A stretch of DNA of 64,000 nt from Lepidodermella squamata (taxonomy: Eukaryota > Animalia > Gastrotricha): NCBI GenBank assembly GCA_047495785.1, contig JBLDXI010000021.1:2108001-2172000 (forward strand), given 5' to 3'. Position numbers and translations under genes: made by a program. The notes beneath the pieces are model-generated. The model did no database searches and was not told where the DNA came from. It was given only the letters and a program-made list of their open reading frames with translations. Positions 51,816 through 64,000 of this stretch are shown here, in pieces (positions within the stretch are counted from its first letter, which is position 1; the number at the start of each line of letters is the position of its first letter).

Positions 51816-51980
51816 TAGAGTCGGAATAGAAACGGCAAAAGATTCATTATGAAAAGCAATATATGAAACACTTACCTAGGATCGGGATAGAAACAGCAAA
51901 AAAGCCCGTTCCTACCCGCGACCCTAGACCCTTTTTCAACACGCTCGTGCACGCAATTCACCAAGCACGCAATTCATTTC
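51816..51980 (-). promoter_or_regulatory. Leader cassette copy 3 (hairpin exon 51876-51927)
   Basis: Homology to copies 1 and 2. Confidence 0.65.
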
Positions 51981-51998
51981 AGTTTCAGATTCAGAAAG

Positions 51999-52165
51999 CC
52001 TGGCTCACAAATCGTTGCTTCAAGTATTAAACAGTCTTGTTTTGAGAATTGAATGCTTAGGTTTAAAGCATTCGTTTATTCACATTAGATTACTCAAAAT
52101 TTCTAAGCATAATAAAGCGCGACAAAAATACGATTCAAATTTAAAACAACGATTTGTGAACCAGG
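51999..52165. mobile_element. Small MITE-like element
   Basis: ~22-bp imperfect TIR CCTGG(C/T)TCACAAATCGTTG; only the left arm survives in the paralog at ~44750. Confidence 0.65.
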
Positions 52166-53258
52166 TTCAAGACTCTATAAGATGAACTATAAACAAGTTC
52201 ATTTTTCAATAAAAACAAAGCACTAGCAAAAGAATACATCATTTTTGATTGAGCGGCCAGTTGCAAATCGCCGCAACTTCCGTATTTATAAAGTGCCGCA
52301 ATGTTGAAACAGAACCGGAAGACGCGTCTAATTTCGGCAGGTACGACGCTTTCAATAGCCGCGCTAGTTTATCGAACTGACGGCCGTATGTAGCATGAAG
52401 CTGCTTCGAGCAAACCTAGTAAAAACAAAATAGATCATTCATTCCATAACTTTTTGAATCTGTGTATCGATTTTCAACGGTTTTTACAAATTTATTTCAA
52501 GTGGGAATCCTCGCGAAGTTGAGAAGCATCGAAGAATGGGCAAAAGAGACGAGAAAGCTTGGTGGAGAGCCTGGCTGGAAAAAGCTCGATGAGTTTATCG
52601 ATGTATTTAGAGACCGAGTTTCTCGAAAATCAGGCACCGAGAATAATTGACGCAAGCTGAACTCCACAAGATTGAGCAGGAAGATACCTAGTCAATGCAA
52701 CGTGGTCTACACAGAACACCAAACGACGTTGCATACGAAGAAGTATTCGCCGTTATGATTCCTTCAAGCGACTGAGACAGTCGATATCATTCAGAATAAG
52801 ATTTGGAAATCAAGTGATATCAGCTATTCAGGCTATTGAACGAAACAAAAAGCGAATTCACCTGTGTGTGCCTTATAAAAAGCTCATAAAAAGCATCAAT
52901 GCGATGTCTATTCCTCCGAGTACTATACCAAATTCGTCTAATATGTTGTGCCTATAGCGCCGCCTGGCGAGGGCCTACTATAAATAAAACAAACACAACC
53001 AAAACAACACACAACACAAAAATTCATCAAATAAGGCAAAATTCATGGTTTTCGGTCATAGTTTAGTCAACTGGCATTGTGTCATGGCGAATTGATAAAT
53101 TATTCGCACAAAATTGTGGCCGCGCTTTTCTTTTGCTTTGCTGTTTAGGTACACCTTTGTTCCGAAGAAACGAAAGTGATCACCCGATTGCCTTTTACGC
53201 GCCCTTTTAAATTTTTCACGGAGCTTCCTGCTTTGCGTCATCTGAGATTGCGGTCATT

Positions 53259-54969
53259 TATTTATTTATTTATTTATTTAAGTGCATAAATCCCAAAGTT
53301 GAGAGCACGATAACAAAAAGTTTCAAGTGGTATAAAAGTGGCAGAAAATTCGAGTCATGTTTCAATCCGTTTCAAAGTTTGATAATAACAAAACAAAAGA
53401 TGTACAAAATTTAGCATTTATATGATTTGAGCTTAGGTTTAGTCAACAGAAAATTGTAAACAAGTTGTCGGCAAGAGTGAGCATTGTAACAGATTTTGAA
53501 GCCGCAATCGCATCGTGGGGGAAGGCTAGTATAGGAAGTAATATCAACTGGGCGATGATGAGGACAATGAAAGTGGAGTGGTAAATTGTTAAACAAGAGA
53601 GGCCCTGCGTAACTAAGAGAGGCCTGGCCGTAGTCAAGTCTCATAGTAGGAATTTTGAAGCTGAGACGTGAAGAACGAGTAGAAGATGGAGGATTAGGAA
53701 CAAAAATAGATTTTATAACATCGGGTGCATCACCAGCAAGACATCTGTACATTAAGGTGGCAATGTGCACGTTTCGCTTGCCCTGAAGGTCAAGCCATTT
53801 GAGCTCGTCGCGTAGAGGAGAAGGGTCGGCACAATCCGGCGCATTCATGACAATTCTGACAGCCTTATCCTGCAAAGATTGTAGTTTTTGAAGAGAAGTC
53901 GGACAGGCTTCATTTAGAATAATATCGCAGTACTGTAAGTGCGAAAAAATCAAGCCATTTGCCATTGATTTCAGGCAGTCCCTATTCAAGCCATTCTTTG
54001 CCGCTAATTGAAGCGCATAAATACCTTTTCGAGCCTTAGAGCAAGCTTTCTCGATGTGTTCCTTGTAGAGCAGTTTTTCGTCTAAAGTGAAGCCTAATAA
54101 ACAAATCGAATCTGTCTGTTCAATTGAGACCCCGCCTATAGTAATATTAATTTTGCCAATTGATTTCAGTGTAACGATCATTAGCTGGGATTTTTTGCCG
54201 TTAACTTTGAGACAGTTAGAACCTAGCCATAGTACGAGATTGTCAAGGTCTTTTTGAAGAACGCTTTCAATTTCAGTCACATTTTTAGCCGAGAAATAAA
54301 TGGTGGTGTCGTCTGCATATTGAATAACAGTAGACTTGAGTGATGTCAGAGGCAGTTCATTAACGTAGATCGTAAATAATAAAGGGCCCAAGGCGGAACC
54401 CTGAGGTACTCCGAATTCTAAGCTTGCAGTCTGAGAAAATTGTCCATTAATTTTGGTAATTTGCTTGCGATCCGTAAGATAACTAGTTAAAATCTCGATT
54501 GCCGCTTCATCAAAACCCGCACTGCGCAAGGAGGACAAAATACCGGTCATGCTGAGAGTATCAAAGGCCTTGCTCATGTCAATGCTGACTACAACCGTCG
54601 TGAAGCCCTTATCAATAGCACAGCGCCAATCATTTGTCATTTTCGTAAGACAAGTCTCGGTTGAGTGATTTTTCCTAAAACCGAACTGAGAGGGTGAAAT
54701 GAACTGAATCTTACGTAGATAATCCTTCCTCGATGATCGCTAATACCCTCTGTAGCCCCAGTTAAAGTGACCTTCTCTGGCGGATACGAGGTGCAAAAAT
54801 AATCCAACATGGTTTTAGATTCAGGACGCGTGATAGTCTTCCTAAAGGATAAGTCTAGTCCATGAGCGCGAATCAAATCCAGAAAATTGCTCTCGTTCAC
54901 CGAATTCATGAGATCAATATTGAAATCTCCACCGATGACATAGTTTTGCGCGTTAGGAGGAGTCAGAGA
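53259..54969 (-). mobile_element. 5'-truncated, internally deleted CR1/L2-group LINE
   Basis: APE motifs GGDFNID, LDY, SDH; RT motifs DMSKAFD, GVPQGSALGP, YADD; (TAAA)n tail; TSD GGTCATT at 53252-53258 and 54970-54976; empty site at ~45015-45035. Confidence 0.92.
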
Positions 54970-54976
54970 GGTCATT

Positions 54977-55330
54977 AGGCTAGTCCGCAATTTGAAGCCG
55001 AGAATGTGATGGCACACGTGATACTTCAGTCCGCCGTGGCAACTACAAGCCACGTCGACTTTCTTGCTCGCATCGACTGTCACCATCAAAAATCTGAGAA
55101 ATAAGATCGTGGATGGCCAAGCATTGACGACCTTGCTTTCCTTCGGCCCAGCGTTACTGGGAATAGACATGTTCGAACTGGTTTGATTAAACCAAGACGT
55201 GATTCAAGCTTGAAAGATGAGTTACTTGTTTTTTTCGTGGACAACCACCATGCCCAATTTTGCTAGACACCTTGTCACTAGAGCCATCAGATTTATCGTT
55301 CGAATTTCTCGAAGGAACGCTAAATTGGGG
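54977..55330 (-). mobile_element. Decayed MULE-like transposase C-terminus, copy 2
   Basis: SWIM finger ACSCHGGLKYHVCHHILGF; the continuation lies beyond the LINE at ~53170-53250. Confidence 0.6.
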
Positions 55331-58300
55331 CAGTCCGCGGAGACAAGCCCGCCATCCACATTCGGCCACCCTTAAAAACTTTGTTAGTAAATCTAGGGTT
55401 AAGTTAGCGTCAGGGAGAGCGACAGCTTTTAGCTTTGGAGCCTCTAAAATAATGGATGTTTCAAAATTGGAGTGGTCAATGGAACGACAATTTCATTTGA
55501 AGAGATATACCCATCGTATGTGTTCCAATAGTTGCTTAGTCTCCCATCTCTAATAGTAGTCCATGTCAAGATGTCAGCGTCAAACAAATCGTTCATCTCT
55601 AATAATTGCCCCGTGTGATCGTGTTCGTACTTGTGGCGCGCACCCCTTTGCAGTCGCGAGGTAGGCTTCTCACATAGGATAGCTTTAGTTGCCAACACAA
55701 ACGCAAGCCGTTTGCCGCAAACTTGGACTGAACACGGCTGTTGATTGCTGATTTTCAATCTTAATACAGTGATTTTGCTCAAACTTTGCTGTGAAGTGAA
55801 ATAAACGTGAATTGAATCGCCCGTCTCTAATCAACACCAATCTCTATTAGTAGCCTACTTTTTAGGACTTTAGGGGTTGAAAATTTAATAGCCCGGGCTG
55901 CCATTGGAACAAATACGGTAATCGGTAATCGATCATAAAATAGAAATATATAGCGACATAACTGCCTCGGAAACAAAAAGTTCCCGTACAACGCCCGTTC
56001 GAAGGGATGAGATATTAATGTTTTCATTGGAGCCTGGGCCGTTTTTTAAAAACGCGTGTAAAATATATGCATTCGTGGGTTTGGCCAGCGTTCAGCTACT
56101 AAGACAATACTTTTTCTGGGCTCTATAAAAACCGCCGCACTAACTAAATTATGAGGCTAAACTGAAGACTGAAGCATATGCGAGAAAAGCAGACAAACGA
56201 AGACAAACGACTCGGAATCGATCGACGAACATGGTTACAAGCTCGCGAGATTTGACTCGGCCAAAGATATAGTAAGGCCAAAGAAAATGCTAAGAAAGAT
56301 GTCACAAACTATTTAAAAGCTAACAAACGTAGATTTACTATATCAAACATAAAGATCGTCTTGGCAAAACTGAACCAACATTTTGAAGAAGAGTCTGGAG
56401 ACCGCGCCTAATCCGAATCATCCAAATTTCGCTCATAATGCAATTCGCTCATTATTAAGAATGATTAAGTAGGGGGATGAGATGAGTTGACTATTTTTTA
56501 TTCAATTTAGTTCATTTAGGCGCCTAATTTGCTTCTTTGTCTTTCTAGATCCTTATTATTCGTTGGAAATAGCAGAAGTTGACCACATAGCCAACCTTCC
56601 TGCGACACTACACTCAACGTTGCCGGAAGAACTCTTTCGGAGAAGTCACAACTTGACTAAGGCTATGGTAGTCAATGGGAGGCTGCTCAATTCCGGTACC
56701 GAGTTTGCTTTGCTGGATGCTCAGTCTTCAGAAAAAACAGACAATGCCGTGTCTATGGCTATAAACATCGAAACTACTTCGATTGTTAATAGTAGCGTCG
56801 TCCAGACCGAGATACCCGATTTCAGCCAAACTCAAAACTTGCGAGCCCCTTGTTCGTGCGGTAATAGATCGATTAGAAGCGCACCCACGGAATCGCTCAA
56901 GAAGCAAGAGCGGCTTGCAGTCTTTAAGCAAAACAAAGTCACATATTTTAGCACAATTGTGAGTATTTGTGATCATTTTCCTCGCATTTCGTTTCACATG
57001 AATCTATCGAGTTGATCGATGCGAATCGGCAAGCTTCCCGTCCCAGATTCGACGAAATATTATTAAGTTCTACCAATTATCGATTTCATGGAATATTGCG
57101 AAGTTGAAGAACGCAACCTTAAATTAAATCCCCGCGAAGTGGCATTGGCTATTAAGTGGAAAAATATAAAGAGTCCTCATTCGAGGTGGGCTACAAAATA
57201 AAGGCTGAGATCGACTAATACTCAAGAGATGATTTGGCGGCTCTACTTGATTGCTTCACTGCTTCACACAGAAAAAACTCTGAATCGACCTTAAGTCTAA
57301 AATCCAGTTTGGCTCGCTACAACCGAAGACAGCTTGAGCTATCATCATTAGGCCATCCGCATTCTGCAGAATGAATAGAGCAGAGTCGATGCTGCGGTCA
57401 AATAGAAGGAAGAAAGTGTTTACGTTAGTGATATCTAATTTCTAGACGTGCTTAATCGATTATTTGCAGACTACCTGGCGAAAACAGGCAAAAGTGGCTC
57501 TGCAGCTTTTACGGCGGAGGCTTCCAAACTGGCTGATGATTATGCAACGGCCTGCAGTAACAGCCCGACAACTTTTCCTTTCATTAAAAGGGAAGCCTTT
57601 TGACACACGCAACCTGGGCAGGTTAAAATTGCCGCAAGATGACAAGAAGTTTGGCTATACTACTCCGCGTAAAAAGGCGCACACAACGTACGATTTGATG
57701 CTAATTAACCTGAACTAGCTGGAAGAATTGATTTGCTCCAGTGCATAAAATACGTAATAATTTTACCGTATTTTTCAATAACTCTTGAGTGGTTTTGTTG
57801 CAGCCGAGAAACGGTACTACATCCTTGCCTCCCTAACAGCAATGTTTCCTTCAGCGAATGCTTCGAAATATTTTGGCTGACCTCAGAGGAAGTTAATGGC
57901 TCGAACCGAGATTAGTGACAGCGGCTGAAGCAAGCGACGCTGAGTCGTTTGTTTCCTTTCACCGCTGCTAAAAACGATGGAAAGAACCTGAACCTTCTGC
58001 AAAAGTTCATCGCAAGTCAGTCTTGGTATATTGGCCGAAAGATTCCCTGGGCGCATACATCTACCATTCGTAGAGCCAAGTACTTGCTTAAAAAACACTT
58101 ACAATGTGTGAACGTTGGTGATAGGTTGAAACCGATGGTGGTAAATTTGAATAAAATATTGAATTTCGAATAATCCGAGTTTTTGAAGAGCATGAGCTAT
58201 CGATAGAAAAGCAGCTGAATACTTGGTGAAGTGTTTAGCTCATGCTCAACATGTTATGCTCTAATACTGAGAAAGGGCTTTTTGAATTGAAAAATGTATA

Positions 58301-60228
58301 CTTAACAGCTTCTCAATACATGCTGAAGTGCACGGGGTTTATCTGACACCGTAATTGAAGAAGCAACAATTCCATGTGACTATATTGAAGATATCAGCTG
58401 CCTAGTGAAAAATGAGCAAGGCAGCGCTACAGCGTTGACTTGCATTTACAGGCCAAAATTTACAGATCCAACCGAAGATGACTTCTTTTTGGTACATGAC
58501 CTTTTCACCAAGATTAAGACACGATTTCCGTCCGCACAATACTACGCCATTGGGGGAGATTTCAACCTCAACTTGATGAATACACAAGAAAAATTTCAAC
58601 GATCTGCTCAATAGCTTGGGCCTAGACCTGTTATTTAGGAGAATTATTACTAGACCAGCGTCGAACACTATGCCTGACTGTTGTTGTACCTCCTACTCAG
58701 CAAAAAAGTAGTTCTCACAGGGGCTACTGAGAGTATCGGAATAAGTTGAGGTATCTACACTTCTGAGCAAAACTTCTTGCTAACACGTGAAAAACATCAA
58801 TTTCACTGATAAATCCCATTTTGAACACCACAGCAGGCCTATATATCATTTGCATGACATATGCTACTTGAGTACATCAGGAAACACATACCAACCCGAG
58901 CGCAACCCATCCTGAGTGTGAATAGTAGCTTCGAATTGGATACCTTATATTCCGAAAATTGGGCCAATTTTGACGATTTTCTCGACTTTAAAGCGCGCTG
59001 TGGTGCATCCCAAGCTGCCTGGTGCACCAGATATGGCTTAAATGAATGATACTATTAGTTAATTTCATCCTCGCGACCATACTCCATGAATTTCGAGCAC
59101 TGCTCCGCGCTAAACGGGCAGATTCTCGTTAAATTAGAGTGGGGTCTCAGTAACTGCCATCAAGGTAGCGTAGAAATTTTTCGTTTTAAGCCCTAATTCT
59201 AAGGTTTTTAAAGCACCAAGTCACTGATTCTACTTTCTTTATCTAGTCTGGAGGGTTCCATCGCTTTCTTCTAGCAGATTACCCGAGAAATTCTTGAAAT
59301 TCGGTCGCAAAACTTCAAGCTCACTCGCCATCTTGATGACACCTATTGGAGCCTTACTCCAACATGACGAGGTTTTGCCCGTTCGGCGCGGATCAGAGCT
59401 CGAAATTTATGGAGGATAGTCACTAGAATGACATTAACTAGTAGTACCACTAATTTAGAGACCTTACTGGTATTCTGGAAAGCTAGAAATGCTCTAAAGT
59501 GCGCTTCAAAATGGAGAAAATTGTCAAAATCGGCCTATTTTGAGCTCTAACTCAATCTATTTCGAATCCACAATGACGCTCAAGGTGTGTCACACTCACA
59601 TCGGTATGTGTTCCTCGATGTATATAAGTAAGATTTGTCTTAAAAATGAACTATTGGGTTGGCTGTGGGGTTCGAAATCTGTTCTATCTGTGGAATTGGG
59701 GATTTTCATGTGTTGGCAAGAAGTTTTGCTCAGAAGTGTATTTCCGACAAAAGAGAATGCCGAACAACTAACCGTTAGGTTTAACAGAGCGGTTGTTGAA
59801 ACTATTAATGAAACAGTGCCAGATAGAAAAAACACAATCGAAGAAATCTATCGCGAAAGAAAAATGCGATAGAAATTTGGACTTCATCTCGCGAGAAACT
59901 GCACAGCGATCAATGCCATCGGCGTAAAATAAGACAAGTCAGATACTGCCGCCAAGTTGCTGAAGTGGGTAGGAACTTTGGGAAAATGTGGAAAGTAATT
60001 GAGAACTTCAGGTCCAGGAAGAACAAGGGTTCAAATTTTTTACACTTGAGTCCTGATTAATCTATAGCTAAGGCCAATGAATTTAATCAATTTTTCGCTA
60101 GTCTGGGGCAAGTAACAGCGGAATCTATCAAAACGCCTCAAGACGTTAAAAGAAATATTCTTTCGAATTCACTTTTTCACTTTCAACAGATTCCAGTGAC
60201 TCTTGTTAAACAATGTCTCAGTAGCCTA

Positions 60229-61720
60229 CAGTACTTGTGCGTCAAGGCGGACTCGATCCGCGCCAGGCGATTTAGTCCGGCTTAATGAAAGTCCGCTTTA
60301 TTGTAAGCCGGGCTGGTCCGGTTTAGAAGTAATAGTGCATTTCTTCTATCTATTACAGCCACGAATGCCCGGACATCGCTCAGACGCGCCTTCAAGCTGA
60401 CTTGGACTCGATGTGTTCTTGGCTCGGACGAAACTGCTTGCAAGTGAACGGCAAGAAGTCTCAACTACTGGTACTTTCAACCAAGAGAAAGAAACCGAAC
60501 ATCGAAGTGACAGTCGAAGGTGTGAAACTTGCAGATTCGAAGACCATGAAAATTCTCGGGTTAACGTTGGACAATGCGTTACTTCTGAAAACGCACATCA
60601 GCGAAGTTCGCGCTAAGGCGAACCGAGGTACCTACGCTCTTAAAATGGCTTCAAAACATTTGAACAGGAAATCTTTGGTCACGATGGCTAATGCAGTAGT
60701 GCTGAGTCACTTGAACTATTGTGACACAGTTTTGGACCAGGCGTCTGACAGCAATCTAAAAGCTATCCAATCCGTCCAAAACAGAGTCATGCGCATCATC
60801 CTACGTAAAGACCGAACGGCTGACCCTAGCGAAATGCAAAAGCAACTGGGTTGGCTTGACATGGCGGGCAAGCGAAAAGTGCACATCATCACAATGGTTT
60901 GGAAATGCTTGAACCAAGAAGCGCCTACAACTTTACGCGATATGTTCAAATCGAAAGAACAACCGCGCAACCTACGCAGCTATTTCGACCAAGCTTTGGA
61001 AGTACCATTTTTCACTTGCAAACGTGCTCAATCAACTCTCGCTTTCAAAGGTGCTGTAGCTTGGAATGCTTTGCCTCGCCACGTACAAGAATCGAAATCA
61101 GCGCATGAGTGTCGACAAAATGTATATCTTTACCTTCTCGGCGATGCGCCATTCCAGTTTTCAAACGCGTCCCAAAAATTGTAAATTTCAATAGAAACTA
61201 TTTTTATATGAGCTTACCTTACATCTCATTCTCACTAATTTTAACGTTAATTTGGAGCCAATTGTTGTTGTTGTTGTTTTGTATTATCACTACCAAAATG
61301 GACAAATGGAATTTGAAACGGACTGAATATGACTCTGATTTTTCTGCCGGCTATGAGTGGATTGCCCGATTAACATTGTCGTGAGCGTTCGGCTACGGAC
61401 TTAAGCTCTTAAATAAATAAATAAATAAATAAATTTCTTCACACATTATTCAAGACTATCAACGCTATGAAGTAATCAACTATTTAAATGTGTAAAGAGT
61501 TTGACTATGCTGGAAGTCCAGTGAAGTTAGATGGAATTTAGGTTTAGCCATAACAAACAGTTAGTTTTTCAAAACTGCGATCATTTTGCTGTAAAAGCCA
61601 CCCAAACGCAGCGTTCATGCTCTCCAGATGAAAATTATACTACAAGCCGGACTTTTACAAGTTAAATTCACTAAAAATCAGTCCGTTATAACGCAAGTCC
61701 GGCTTAACACAAAACTACTG
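60229..61720. mobile_element. pogo/Tigger-like non-autonomous element
   Basis: TIRs CAGTACTTGTGCGTCAAGGCGGACT and CAGTAGTTTTGTGTTAAGCCGGACT, TA duplication; removing it restores the host LINE frame. Confidence 0.8.
60347..61432 (+). mobile_element. Young 5'-truncated LINE inside the Tigger-like element
   Basis: Open ORF2 C-terminus (LQVNGKKSQ, ILGLTLD, SHLNYC, WNALP), (TAAA)n tail, TSD ATTTCTTC at 60339-60346 and 61433-61440. Confidence 0.9.
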
Positions 61721-63045
61721 TATCGACTACCAAAGCAACGACCGCATCAGAAGGAATTCCGGAGTGTGTAATTAAGAAAACAGCATATTTTTAGCACCGC
61801 ATCTCGCAATCATTAACAATAAGGAAGAAGAAAATCCCATCAGCATGGAAAACTGTATACAGTCACGCCATTTTTCAAAGAGTCGGTAATTCAAAGAGTC
61901 GGTAATTATCGACCCATCTCGATTATATCACCTGAATTCGGAATTTCGGAAATTTGAACGGTGTCTCTCTACTCAAGGCTCATCTGAACAAAGTACAATC
62001 TGTATCTGCATCACAATTTGGCTTTCGGGAATTTCACTCAACAGACACCTGTTCGGCAAAAATGACTAATGACTGACTTATCGCATTAGATCGCGACTAG
62101 ATGATAGCCATAGTAAGCATAGATATGATTAAAGCGTTCGACACCTTGAGCACTGGCTTTGAAGATTCTTAGATTCTTCTTAACCGTGCGCCATGAAATT
62201 GAGCGCATAATATACCATAAAATATATATCCGTGTATATATCCAAAGCTAAACGGGGATAATGGCAGAAAAATTCATCAAAAATTAGGTTAGCAGAGCAA
62301 AATTAGCAAAATTAGGTTAGTCATAGATCATAGAAAACCATATATTTTTATGTCCTACAATCGTTCGATCATCGGCGAAGTTAAAATCAAAACCCAGTTA
62401 AAACATGTCGAAAAATGTGCACCGCCAAATTCTACTAATACAGCAAAATTAATCCCCAAATCCCTCCCACATGATCACAGCCGGTCAAAACCGAGCCGCG
62501 GCATAGCTAAGGCGATGAAACAATAGGTTGAAAGATGTATTTGACCAGCACTAAGAAACCGAAGGTTGCCGAGGACTATATTCCCTTCAAGCGCCAACAG
62601 ACAATCAGCTCGTATCATTTCTCGGCCTTAATTCTCCTTAAGGTAGGCGAGGCGTGTGTTTGTTTAAAGTCACCCTATATCTCCGAAAGAAGTATTTGCC
62701 GATGATCACATATTTCTGATCTAGATTTGCCGGGCTCGAGGATTAATTAGTCAGTTTCATGCAGTCACTGACACTTCTTAAAGAAGTACTATTATTACCA
62801 CTATCTCATTACCACTATACAGCTGTGTACCACTATTACACAGGCTGATGACGAGAAGTAACAAACAACCTGGCTTCGTCGCTTCACCTTCAATAGCCCC
62901 ATCAAACCAACGCCGAACGGGGACCAAGAAAGACGGCGCCGAAAGCGCTCACTGTTGCTTGAACTATAACTAATAATGCTAAGGAACTAAAAATAGTAAT
63001 ACCTAATAAAATAGCATGCTTTTTCGGTGGTAGATCTGCTATTTA

Positions 63046-63368
63046 CCGTAGTTACCGAAATACTAACCCGGGCTTATACAAAAATGATACCTCGAAAAAT
63101 GGGGAAAAGTAGGCTTCTATTCAAGACTAGGCTTCTGTTTGAGATAGGCTTATGCAACGGAGACCTGACGTTACTTTCCGTCTTTCAATCTCAAAACTCA
63201 TCAAAACTCATCAAAGTATTCATTATTAGTTATTAGCTAGGTCGTCTAATAGCTGGAAATCAAGACTAATAAGGAAAGCTTTCACTAAAATCATCATAAA
63301 CAGCAGATTATTACATATCTTCACGCATTTTTCGTTTTTAATTTCGGCCTATATTTCGGTAACTACGG
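63046..63368. mobile_element. Tc1/mariner-pogo-type MITE
   Basis: Perfect 17-bp TIR CCGTAGTTACCGAAATA with TA flanks. Confidence 0.85.
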
Positions 63369-63759
63369 TAGTTGGAATATTTCGTTTCGATCTAATGGTG
63401 TCAGGCTCAAGACTCAATATATGATTACGGGAGGCGACCCGAAGACAAACAACAAATAAAATTCAAGTACTATTAGAGGCATACTCTTGAAAATTGAAAG
63501 CTCAGTCAACAACGCTCATCCAAACTCATTCAAGTAACTAAAAGCACGCCTTCCGAAAGCAGGTAGTTGCTTTATCGCAATAAGAAAAAAAATTTCCAAC
63601 CGAAAGCATATCTCCTTGGCATTGAAACTAAAAACATTGAAATGCCTAATACCAGCATGGAGTATGACTGAAGACGAGGAAACGGCGCTAAATAAAAGAT
63701 AATATCAATGAGTGTGTTGTATCTAGGAAAACAATTTAATGTAATAAATTTATGCAAAA

Positions 63760-64000
63760 TGGATTATATCCCTAACATAGGCATTAGGCTATCAATGTGC
63801 GGCGGCATTATCGAAGTTGGTAGATTAATTGAAAAGCGACGTCTAAATTACCCAGGTCATACAATAAGGATACAGACCTCTGTCGACGAGAAAGGTGAAC
63901 CGATACCATCGGGGCCAGTACACGTAGATGCGGTTATAATAATATAACAAGGAAAAACCGAAGGTGCCCGTGGCAGACCTCGTAAAGATGGAAGTAAATT
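63760..64000 (+). mobile_element. RTE-like LINE 3' fragment (copy 2)
   Basis: RRLNYPGHTIR...GKTEGARGRPRK. Confidence 0.5.

Larger units (their letters stand above)
58330..62160 (+). mobile_element. Old fragmented LINE (EN, linker, RT start) hosting nested insertions
   Basis: CIYRP, GGDFNLNL, ETINETVP, KQCLSSL|STTKA...GIP, SQFGFR...IDMIKAFD, with many stops. Confidence 0.8.

Noticed and set aside
45656-55920. 15-bp inverted match TACCGTATTTGTTCC as TIRs of a 10-kb element
   Set aside because: The left instance aligns with internal sequence of the duplicated unit (~55510); the right looks like the end of a small pogo-type MITE.

Overview
Eukaryotic DNA from a compact-genome invertebrate animal (spliceosomal introns mostly ~45-60 nt; lineage not identifiable from sequence alone). 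The left ~42 kb is gene-dense: two near-identical proline dehydrogenase copies flanking RNF10, TFIIF-alpha and NBAS; a decayed Harbinger transposon with a nested LINE; a tight minus-strand run RNF34-like > TGF-beta type I receptor > MRPL50; ERp29; a PTB-like gene; and SPT6. The right ~22 kb is mostly decayed transposons: a copia remnant, a cathepsin pseudogene, a GLE1 fragment, MULE, Harbinger, LINE and MITE remnants. Much of it is one old tandem duplication (~44.5-51.2 kb vs ~51.7-64 kb). Three signals stand out. (1) Operon-like packing, with a poly(A) signal followed within ~35-55 nt by an apparently unpaired splice acceptor, suggesting SL trans-splicing. (2) A conserved upstream motif plus hairpin leader-exon cassette found three times, in front of SPT6, the cathepsin pseudogene and the GLE1 fragment. 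(3) A PRODH duplicate that has acquired a copy of the RNF10 upstream region. All family assignments come from motif recognition by eye, not database searches.
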